A stretch of 32,000 nt of DNA. Origin: Blochmannia endosymbiont of Camponotus modoc (GTDB taxonomy: Bacteria > Pseudomonadota > Gammaproteobacteria > Enterobacterales > Enterobacteriaceae). The stretch's first letter is position 1. Every line of letters begins with the position of its first letter. The stretch spans positions 600,001 to 632,000 of the forward strand of contig NZ_CP097765.1 in the NCBI RefSeq assembly GCF_023585785.1, given 5' to 3'. The translations under genes were made by a program, and so were the position numbers. A model generated the notes under the pieces. It searched no databases, was not told the origin of the DNA, and saw nothing but the letters and a program-made list of their open reading frames with translations. Of this stretch, positions 9,571 through 17,521 are shown piece by piece.

Positions 9571-10212
9571 TTATATATCTGGCAATAATAAATGATCGAT
9601 TAATGTTGCGTAGCGTATTTTTTGATGCGCTATTCGCAATTGCTCGGATAACATAATTGACTGTAAATGTATCAAAGCAATATTAAAATTATCATTTATG
9701 ATAACATAATCATATTCTTTAAAATGGCTAATTTCGTCCATCGCTTGGTCCATGCGTGCGGCGATCACTGTTTCTGTATCTTCTCCTCTCAGATACAATC
9801 GATGTGCTAATTCTTTCTTTGATGGAGGCAAAATAAAAATAGTATAGATATTTTTTGATATTTTACTGCGAATTTGTTGCGCTCCTTTCCAGTCAATATT
9901 CAACACAATATGTATGCCAGCGTTTAACATCATTTCAATATTACTTTTTGCGGTACCATAATAATGATTAAAAATAATAGCATATTCAAAAAACATATTT
10001 TTATCGATCATATATTTAAATGCTTTTTCTGAAATAAAATAATAATCTTTTCCGTGTATTTCTCCAGGTCTTTTAGTACGTGTGGTATAAGAAATAGATA
10101 GTTTAGTTGGATAAACAAAGCGATCATATTGTATTACAGTTTGAATTAACGTAGATTTTCCTGTCCCACTAGGAGCGGATATAATACACAATATTCCTGA
10201 ATATTTCATCAT
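9571..10212 (-). CDS. gmk: Guanylate kinase
   Basis: 213 aa. P-loop SAPSGTGKSTL, ...SYTTRTKRPGEIHGKDYYF... and ...LRGEDTE... are typical guanylate kinase motifs. Synteny with rpoZ supports the call. Confidence 0.95.
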   Translation of the reverse strand: MMKYSGILCIISAPSGTGKSTLIQTVIQYDRFVYPTKLSISYTTRTKRPGEIHGKDYYFISEKAFKYMIDKNMFFEYAIIFNHYYGTAKSNIEMMLNAGIHIVLNIDWKGAQQIRSKISKNIYTIFILPPSKKELAHRLYLRGEDTETVIAARMDQAMDEISHFKEYDYVIINDNFNIALIHLQSIMLSEQLRIAHQKIRYATLIDHLLLPDI

Positions 10213-10481
10213 AAAATAATCATATACATATTTGATTGCATAAATGACTAAGATTTATTACGTATGTTTTGAATAACTATATATTTGTCTCTAATTCATG
10301 TTAAACATTATTATTATATATTAAGATTGTTTTAATAGAAGATCCTCAATAAAACATTTTGTAATTTGATTACACTAAAGTATACATTGTTACTATCAAA
10401 TTACTAAAATTGTTAGTTCCACCGAGGACCTTATTTATGTTAATGAAAATCTATAGTGTAGTATGCGTGTATGTCGTATTG

Positions 10482-10922
10482 TTATCTTGCCATATTATTT
10501 TTTTGTTGTATTTCAAGTAAATTGCATACTTCTCTAAAGCTTTTAAGTTGTACATCAGACAAAAGGGAAAATATGCGATCTAAAATGATGTTATGTGTAT
10601 CTTCAGCAATACGTAATTTATCACGTCCTTTTTCTGTAATATAAACGTATTTTACTCTACGATCTGTCAGACTTTGTTGTCGACGTAACATTTCATCTTT
10701 TTCTAATGCATCAAGAACTGTTACAACGGTTCTTGATGAAAACCCCATGTAATTTTTAATGTCTGTTGCGCTGGTTTTTCCGGTAGTAATAAGATGCAAG
10801 ATTTTCATTTTAGACATTGAAAGACCTTCATTAATTAATTGGCCATTTATTTCCTTGCGTAAACGATGATAAATACGAGATAAGGATTCTACCATGTTTG
10901 AAATATCTGTTAATCTATTCAT
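10482..10922 (-). CDS. MarR/SlyA-family winged-helix transcriptional regulator
   Basis: 146 aa. The central segment ...MSKMKILHLITTGKTSATDIKNYMGFSSRTVVTVLDALEKDEMLRRQQSLTDRRVKYVYITEKGRDKL has the MarR layout: an HTH, then a wing carrying the DRR motif, then a helix. I do not recognise a specific ortholog. It occupies the interval where E. coli K-12 has dinD-yicG-ligB. Confidence 0.75.
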   Translation of the reverse strand: MNRLTDISNMVESLSRIYHRLRKEINGQLINEGLSMSKMKILHLITTGKTSATDIKNYMGFSSRTVVTVLDALEKDEMLRRQQSLTDRRVKYVYITEKGRDKLRIAEDTHNIILDRIFSLLSDVQLKSFREVCNLLEIQQKNNMAR

Positions 10923-11920
10923 AATTATTTGTCTCTATATTGAATCAATAACGATAATAAGACTGTATTTGGCAGTATCAGTTAATAATAGTCTAAAAAT
11001 AGTAATTATTATTTTTTGAAGTATTGTTTATTAAGAATAATAACTTTTCAGACAATTGTTTATATCTGATAATTAATTATTTTTTTTAATTAACTATTGC
11101 AGCGTATACCTCCTAATTTATTGTAATTTTACTAAATTAATATTTTGGTTTTATTAAAAAATAGCAGACATTATTAATTCAGAATATATATATTTTAATA
11201 TTTAATTTGTGTTGTTTTACTATTTATATTTTATCGGAGTTTTTTTAAATTTGAAATATGACTATCGGAAAAATAAAACTTCTTATAGTTTTGTTAAAAA
11301 ATAATTTTTTTATATTTTATGATTTATTTTTAATATTAAAATTCTATATATCTGCAAATAAACAGATCCAAATCAAAAATACAACAATTTTATTATAAAA
11401 TATAAAATAATATTTTATATTTTTATGAAAATAAAAATAAAAAATTATATATTTATATTAAAATAATATTTTTTGTTGAATCATATATTCTCGTATACAT
11501 TCACATTTATTTATAAAAAATAATAATATTAAAGGATATATATCAGTTAATTTATAGTAAAATATTAACTATATAAATTTATATAACACTTAAATAAAAC
11601 GGATTTGAGTACAAAAATTATATTAAAAACTTTTTATTAAAAATAATAATATTAAAACCTAATTTTTTAATAAATGAATCTACTTCATATATATGCATGT
11701 ATATAATAGTTATTGTTTATATATGCATATGTCTCTGTAGTTAAAGTTTAAGTGCATTAAATTTCAGTATTCAATATTACGTTTAATTAGATTAGTTGAT
11801 TAAATGAAACATTATTTGATAAGATTATAATATAATTAAGAATTGCAAAAATTATCAGATTATATGACCAATACAGATTTTAAATATGAAAAGATTTTAT
11901 AGGTGGGTACTCTGATTATA

Positions 11921-12802
11921 TCACTCAATATTTTGAGTTTGCTCACGTATCTGTTCAATAAGTATTTTTAAGGAAATTGCTAATTGAGTAATATAAGAAT
12001 TTATAGATTTAGAAGTTAATGTATTAGCTTCTCTATGTAGTTCTTGTATTACAAAATCTAGTTTCCTACCAACAGCTCCGTTCCCATCGAGAATACGATG
12101 CATCTCTTTGATATGAATAATTAGACGATCTACTTCTTCTGAAATATCAATTTTTTGAGCTACTATTAATAATTCTTGTTCCAATCGTATTGGGTCAGAA
12201 TAAATGCAAACATCTTTCATTTGTTCCAAGAGTGTTTTTCGTCTGCGCTCCAATATATTAGGGATATGTTGATGAATTTTGTTCACTTCAGCATACATTA
12301 GATGTAATCGTTCTATAATTTTATTTTTTAAAAAAATACCTTCTCTTTCTCTATCTTGTATCAAATTATGTAATGTTTCTTTAAAACATATTAATAATTC
12401 GGCATGAATATTATTCATATTATTTAAATTATTTTGTTTATACGTTATTACTCCTGGCCAAGATAAAATATCTATCGGATTAATTTCACCTTCATTAGTT
12501 AATGTTTTTACCCATTTTGCGTATAACACAAGATCATGCACCAATTGTTTATTAACAGTAAATGACTCTGTATTATTGTCGCAATTATTATTTATTTTGA
12601 TATGTAAAGTGCATTCTATCTTCCCCCTAATAATAGAATCTTTAATATTTTTACGAATTACCCATGACAAATTACACAGATATTTAGGTAAATCGATATG
12701 AATATCTAAATAACGTTGATTTAAAGAACAAATTTCCCAGATAACATTACCCCATGTATATTTCACTTCATGCCTTGAGAAAGCGGTCATGCTATGAATC
12801 AT
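11921..12802 (-). CDS. yicC: YicC-family protein (stress-induced, UPF0701)
   Basis: From ATG 12802 the product starts MIHSMTAFSRHE, aligning with E. coli YicC MIRSMTAYARRE. The end EQIREQTQNIE matches EQMREQIQNIE. AGGTGA lies 5 nt upstream of ATG 12802. The tracked start at 12811 is a GTG inside that SD. Confidence 0.9.
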   Translation of the reverse strand: MIHSMTAFSRHEVKYTWGNVIWEICSLNQRYLDIHIDLPKYLCNLSWVIRKNIKDSIIRGKIECTLHIKINNNCDNNTESFTVNKQLVHDLVLYAKWVKTLTNEGEINPIDILSWPGVITYKQNNLNNMNNIHAELLICFKETLHNLIQDREREGIFLKNKIIERLHLMYAEVNKIHQHIPNILERRRKTLLEQMKDVCIYSDPIRLEQELLIVAQKIDISEEVDRLIIHIKEMHRILDGNGAVGRKLDFVIQELHREANTLTSKSINSYITQLAISLKILIEQIREQTQNIE

Positions 12803-13512
12803 AACAATCACCTAAATTTTGTTAATATGTACAAAAATAAACTTTAAAGTTGCAATAATTTTATTTTGTCACGCATTCTTTAATTGAAATTGTTATTTCA
12901 TATATTTATATACATCAATTTAATTTTTAAAAAAAATTCAGATTTTTTTAATGCCTATAAAATTTTATTAATTAAATACATAGTAGTATGCACTATACTA
13001 CTATTGATGATTTTTTATCAAAATTATTGTTTATATTGAAAATATAAATCACTACAATAACACGTTCAATTTTATCTATAAAATAATTAATTTATTATTA
13101 TTTAGTAAAATAGCATAATAAAATATACTAAACATAATACGTTTGAAGTGTATAAAATAAAAGTTTTGTATACGACATATACAAATTTTAAACAATTTTT
13201 ATTGTATTTATTTTTAAGATAATTTTTCATTATAAAATAATTTATGAATTTATAGTAGATTTATATTCCTCATATATATCTTATATAACTTATTTGTTAA
13301 TAATTAAATATAATAAAATATTAAAAAATTATTTTAAAAATAAATAATCATTTGAAATTTAAATCAATCAAATTTATAGACCAATGGTCGTTACCATATA
13401 GCGATTAATAATTATTAATATATATACAAACATTAATATATTTAATTTGATCTTATTATCTTAATGAGATATTTATAATAAAATTATATGTATTGATAAA
13501 TTTAAAATACAC

Positions 13513-13534
13513 ATTACACATTATTATGTGTAAT
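13513..13534 (-). terminator. Candidate stem-loop just downstream of dut
   Basis: A 9-bp perfect stem (13513-13521 pairs with 13526-13534) with a 4-nt loop begins about 10 nt after the dut stop. On the transcribed strand it is followed by GTGTATTTTAAATTT. The stem is AT-rich and weak. Confidence 0.3.
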
Positions 13535-13544
13535 TAACAATATT

Positions 13545-13994
13545 TTACATCGAATGCCCAAAACCATGTGACCCACGTTTGGTAGGTATAAATGATTTAA
13601 CTACAGAAAACTTAACTTGAATTATTGGCATAAAAACTAATTGTGCTATTCGTTTCCCAGGATATACAATATACTTTTTTGGCCCACGATTCCATAAAGA
13701 TACTATCAATTCTCCTTGATAATCTGAATCAATTAATCCCACCAAATTTCCTAAAACAATACCATATTTGTGTCCTAAACCTGATCGAGGCAAAATAACA
13801 CCTGCTATTTTTTTATCAGAAATATGTATCGCAATACCGGTAGAAATTAAATGAGTTTTTCCAGGATAAATAGTCAAAGGTTTATCCAAACAAGCTGATA
13901 AATCTAATCCAGCAGATCCTAACGTAGCGTATTTTGGCAAATAAAAATGCTTATAAATACGATTATTAATAATTTTAACATTAATTATTTTCAT
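13545..13994 (-). CDS. dut: dUTP diphosphatase
   Basis: From ATG 13994 the product starts [13 protein letters not shown] (E. coli MMKKIDVKILDPRV). Motifs [33 protein letters not shown] and RGSHGFGHS are present. The start overlaps the coaBC stop by 14 nt. The tracked start at 14015 would add 7 unaligned residues. Confidence 0.93.
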   Translation of the reverse strand: MKIINVKIINNRIYKHFYLPKYATLGSAGLDLSACLDKPLTIYPGKTHLISTGIAIHISDKKIAGVILPRSGLGHKYGIVLGNLVGLIDSDYQGELIVSLWNRGPKKYIVYPGKRIAQLVFMPIIQVKFSVVKSFIPTKRGSHGFGHSM

Positions 13995-15189
13995 TATAAC
14001 GATTAATAATTTCATTAATAAGTTGTTGTGCTAACAATTTTTTTTTTCTTAAAGGCAATATAACACTTCCTTTATTCCAAAATAGATATAAAGCATTATT
14101 ATCACTATTAAATCCTTGGTTCATACGAGAAATATTATTAGCACAAATTAAATCTAAATGTTTACTAATACGTTTATCTTGAGCATATTTTTTTATATTA
14201 TTAGTTTCAGCGGCAAATCCAACGACATAAGGACGATTTTCAATTAACGACCCTACTTCCGCTACGATATCGGGGTTTTTAATCATAATTATTTTTAAAG
14301 TATTTTTATTCTTTTTAATCTTTTCAAGAGAAACATGACAAATACGATAATCTGATACTGCTGCACAACCGATAAAAATTTGTTGATCACTAATGTCTCT
14401 CATAACTGCTTCTTGCATGTCTAACGCGGAAATAACATTAATACGTTGCACTCGAATAGGAGTACGTAAATTTACTGGACCTGCAATTAATGTAACTTTT
14501 GCTCCTTTATCTGCAGCGGCTTGGGCGATAGCAAATCCCATTTTTCCTGAACTATAATTAGTGAAAAAACGAACGGGATCTAAGGCTTCGTGCGTCGGAC
14601 CGGCAGTAATCATGATATTAAGATGACTTAAAGAACTATCATGAGAAAAGTAATGTTTTACGTATTCAGCAAGTACTTTGGGATCCGTCATGCGTCCATA
14701 ACCAATATCATTACAAGCTTGACATCCATAATCTGGTCCCCATATTAAAACCCCTCTTTTTCGTAGAATATCTAAATTTGTTTGAGTTGCAATAGCTTTA
14801 TACATTTGTTGATTCATGGATGGAGCTACAGCAATAGGAGCTGTTGTAGCTAAACATAAACTACATAATAAATCATTAGCTAATCCCACAGATAATCTAG
14901 CTAATAAATTGGCTGTAGCCGGAGCAAGTAAAACTAAATCAGCCCATTTAGCTAACTTTATATGAGGCATTGTAGTTTCTATTTGAGGGGTAAGAAAATT
15001 GTCCAAAACTGGATGACATGATATTGTTTGCAAACTTAAGGGGGTAACGAATTTTTTTGCAGATTTTGTCATGATCACTCTTACTTCTGAACCTTGTTCT
15101 TTTAAACATCGTACAAGATCTATAGTTTTATATGCCGCGATACCACCGCTTACTCCTAATATGATATGTTTATTAATTAATCCCGTCAT
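13981..15189 (-). CDS. coaBC: Bifunctional phosphopantothenoylcysteine decarboxylase / phosphopantothenate-cysteine ligase
   Basis: From ATG 15189 the product starts [21 protein letters not shown] (E. coli [20 protein letters not shown]). Both halves are conserved: PSMNQQMY and [10 protein letters not shown] in Coa[11 protein letters not shown] and CAAVSDYR in CoaB. The tracked start at 15201 is a GTG 4 codons upstream. The coaBC-dut order matches E. coli dfp-dut. Confidence 0.95.
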   Translation of the reverse strand: MTGLINKHIILGVSGGIAAYKTIDLVRCLKEQGSEVRVIMTKSAKKFVTPLSLQTISCHPVLDNFLTPQIETTMPHIKLAKWADLVLLAPATANLLARLSVGLANDLLCSLCLATTAPIAVAPSMNQQMYKAIATQTNLDILRKRGVLIWGPDYGCQACNDIGYGRMTDPKVLAEYVKHYFSHDSSLSHLNIMITAGPTHEALDPVRFFTNYSSGKMGFAIAQAAADKGAKVTLIAGPVNLRTPIRVQRINVISALDMQEAVMRDISDQQIFIGCAAVSDYRICHVSLEKIKKNKNTLKIIMIKNPDIVAEVGSLIENRPYVVGFAAETNNIKKYAQDKRISKHLDLICANNISRMNQGFNSDNNALYLFWNKGSVILPLRKKKLLAQQLINEIINRYNENN

Positions 15190-15201
15190 ATTATATTTCA
15201 C

Positions 15202-15292
15202 ATGATATTGAAGATGATTTAATTTTATTTATACTAACAAAAACTAACAGTTTTTGTTAGTATAAATAAAATTAAATCATCTTCAATATCAT
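15202..15292. repeat. Perfect inverted repeat with 44-bp arms and a 3-nt spacer (91-nt palindromic element)
   Basis: I checked it base by base. Positions 15202-15245 are the exact reverse complement of 15249-15292, giving 44/44 pairs with loop AAC at 15246-15248. The element lies in the divergent coaBC / rpmB spacer and starts 13 nt upstream of coaBC ATG 15189. Confidence 0.97.
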
Positions 15293-15652
15293 TGAATTTC
15301 AGAAAATCTGCAATTACATTGTGCGCAGCATAAAAATCTTATATAATATACCTTAGCCCATTATATATAAAGTAAAAATATATGGGAACATATATAAATA
15401 ATAATAAAAACAAAAATTTAACAACTTAAATCTATTATATTTAGACATATTTGGTGCTATATGAATGTTTAAAATTGTTAATTTTCTTGCGTTTAATAGT
15501 GAAAAATAAAACAACAAATAACAATTATAATATTTTTGGAAATCTTATATTAGGTATTTTAAATAATGTCAAATCTCATAGATTAAAAATCGGAATAAAC
15601 AAAAAATTGTTTTTATTGTTTTGATTATAAATAATTATTCAAACAAAAATTA

Positions 15653-15658
15653 GAGGAG
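15653..15658 (+). promoter_or_regulatory. Shine-Dalgarno sequence of rpmB
   Basis: GAGGAG lies 5 nt upstream of ATG 15664. Confidence 0.6.
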
Positions 15659-15663
15659 AACAT

Positions 15664-15894
15664 ATGGCGCGAGTGTGTCAAGTTACCGGAAAACGTCCTA
15701 TGAACGGAAACAAACGTTCTCACGCAATGAACGCAACGAAGCGTTGGTTTTCACCTAATATTCATTCTCATCGTTTCTGGGTAGCAAGTAAGAAACGCTT
15801 CGTTGCGTTACGATTATCTACTAAGGGGATAAAATTAATTGATAAGTTTGGAATTGAATATTTTTTCACAAAAATATATCCTAAAAATAAATAA
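15664..15894 (+). CDS. rpmB: 50S ribosomal protein L28
   Basis: 76 aa. [40 protein letters not shown] aligns with E. coli L28 [40 protein letters not shown]. Confidence 0.97.
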   Translation: MARVCQVTGKRPMNGNKRSHAMNATKRWFSPNIHSHRFWVASKKRFVALRLSTKGIKLIDKFGIEYFFTKIYPKNK

Positions 15895-15914
15895 TACTCA
15901 TCGAGAATAATGTA

Positions 15915-16082
15915 ATGGCTAAAGAAAAACGAGAAATAATCCGTTTATTTTCTTCTTCTAAGAATGGACATTTTTATAGTACCACAAAAAACAAACGTAT
16001 TGGCTCTGAAAAAATGACATTAAAAAAATTTGATCCGTTTGCACGAAAACATGTAATATATACAGAAAGTAAGAATAGTTAA
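15915..16082 (+). CDS. rpmG: 50S ribosomal protein L33 (55 aa, below the ORF-track cutoff)
   Basis: Hand translation gives [55 protein letters not shown]. This aligns with E. coli L33 [55 protein letters not shown]. It starts 20 nt after rpmB, matching the rpmB-rpmG operon. Confidence 0.93.
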   Translation: MAKEKREIIRLFSSSKNGHFYSTTKNKRIGSEKMTLKKFDPFARKHVIYTESKNS

Positions 16083-16109
16083 ATAAAGAAAAGATGCAAA
16101 TTCAACGGC

Positions 16110-16165
16110 ATACTACATAAGCCCCACAGCTCAATATGCATTGAGCTGTGGGGCTTATGTAGTAT
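16110..16165. terminator. Long perfect hairpin between convergent rpmG and coaD (candidate bidirectional terminator / RNA 3'-end stabiliser)
   Basis: Positions 16110-16135 pair perfectly with 16140-16165: 26 bp, 11 of them G:C, with loop ATGC. The hairpin starts 28 nt after the rpmG stop and ends 137 nt from the coaD stop. No canonical U-tract follows on either strand. Confidence 0.55.
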
Positions 16166-16301
16166 AAATATCTAAAATACTATGCTACTAAGTCTACATT
16201 TAGCAGTTTATGTTCATATGTTTTTATATAGTGTCAACATAAAAAAATTAAGTCTACACGTATAATATAACTCTTCAAATTTTCGAGTTTTGATTTTTTA
16301 G

Positions 16302-16817
16302 TTAGAGAAACGAAATGTTTTTGCTTTTTTTCTCAGTATTGCGCAGTTTTTCAATAACCTTCTCAGCGATAAAATTAGGTATAAAACGATCTATTCTCCC
16401 CCCATATTGAGCAATTTCTTTCACTAATTTAGAAGAAAGGCATGCCCATATATCTGTAGATATCATAAATATAGTCTCTACTTCATTAGAGAAGTAATTA
16501 TTAATTTTTGCAAGTTGTATTTCATATTCAAAGTCTGATCTAGTTCTGAGGCCACGAATTAAAATATTCACTTGTTTTTTTTTCATCACGTTTATAGTGA
16601 GGTCATTAAACCCAAACACTGTTACATGATCTAACGTTGCAGTTGCTTGCTTTGCAAATATTACGCGTTCTTCAAGACTAAACAAAGGATGTTTTTGCGA
16701 ATTTTCAGCTACCGCTAAAAATATTTTATCAAAAATTTTATGTGCTCTAATAATTATATCCAAATGCCCATAAGTTAATGGATCAAAAGTCCCTGGATAC
16801 ATAGCCTGAATTGTCAT
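16302..16817 (-). CDS. coaD: Phosphopantetheine adenylyltransferase
   Basis: 171 aa. YPGTFDPLTYGHLDII carries the nucleotidyltransferase HxGH motif, and RGLRTRSDFEYEIQLA and SSKLVKEIA are collinear with E. coli CoaD (159 aa). There is a roughly 12-aa lysine-rich C-terminal extension. Confidence 0.95.
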   Translation of the reverse strand: MTIQAMYPGTFDPLTYGHLDIIIRAHKIFDKIFLAVAENSQKHPLFSLEERVIFAKQATATLDHVTVFGFNDLTINVMKKKQVNILIRGLRTRSDFEYEIQLAKINNYFSNEVETIFMISTDIWACLSSKLVKEIAQYGGRIDRFIPNFIAEKVIEKLRNTEKKSKNISFL

Positions 16818-17521
16818 GATATTTTTATAAATTTATGTTTTTGTGAAAATAAAAAGACTATAAAATATGTATATATATTTCAAATATGCTAAACTACATT
16901 TTGTTTATATGAAGATATAATTTTCAGTGAAAATATAGAATGCCAACTTATTAAATAAATCGTATTAGAAAGATTGACGCGAACATAAATAAACTATCAA
17001 AACGTTTTATAAATTAAATTATTTCATACTTATATTTCCATACATAAAAATATTTTTCGTTAACATTTAATACAATATTTATATTAATAATAAAAATACG
17101 ACGATTAGTTGCTACAATGCTACTTAAGTAAGCTAAATAACCATTTCCAGTAATACCTATATCTGCAGCATCATAATAAAAATTTTAAGCATTTCGACTA
17201 TCTTCTACATTAATTCAACATTTTTGTAATTATACATCTCTCCCAAAAAATATAAATAACCTTAATGTTAAATATTTGTTTATATATACATTTACAAGAA
17301 TCACGATAAACATTGTTTTGATTATATGAAAAAATTATATTTTCATTAAAATCATTCTGGGATAACAGCCATGTCTCATTCAACATGTTATAATATATTG
17401 TAGTTTTTAGTCTAATTTTAGGTTATAGTTAATTTAATAAAAAGTTATTTATAAATATTTTAATATTTAATAACAACTGTTATATTAATTTCATAACCAT
17501 TATAAAACATCGTATGACAAG

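Noticed and set aside
11258-11398. 46-aa plus-strand ORF (MTIGKIKLLIVLLKNNFFIFYDLFLILKFYISANKQIQIKNTTILL) in the MarR / yicC spacer.
   Set aside because: The nearest GGAG is about 19 nt upstream, too far to serve as an SD. The composition simply mirrors A/T-rich DNA (K, N, I, L, F). There is no support beyond being open.
15195-15301. ATTTCA on both flanks of the 91-nt palindrome, as a possible target-site duplication of a MITE-like element.
   Set aside because: The copies are offset from the palindrome ends by 1 nt and 3 nt. A 6-mer of this composition is common, and there are no internal sequence or other copies in the window.
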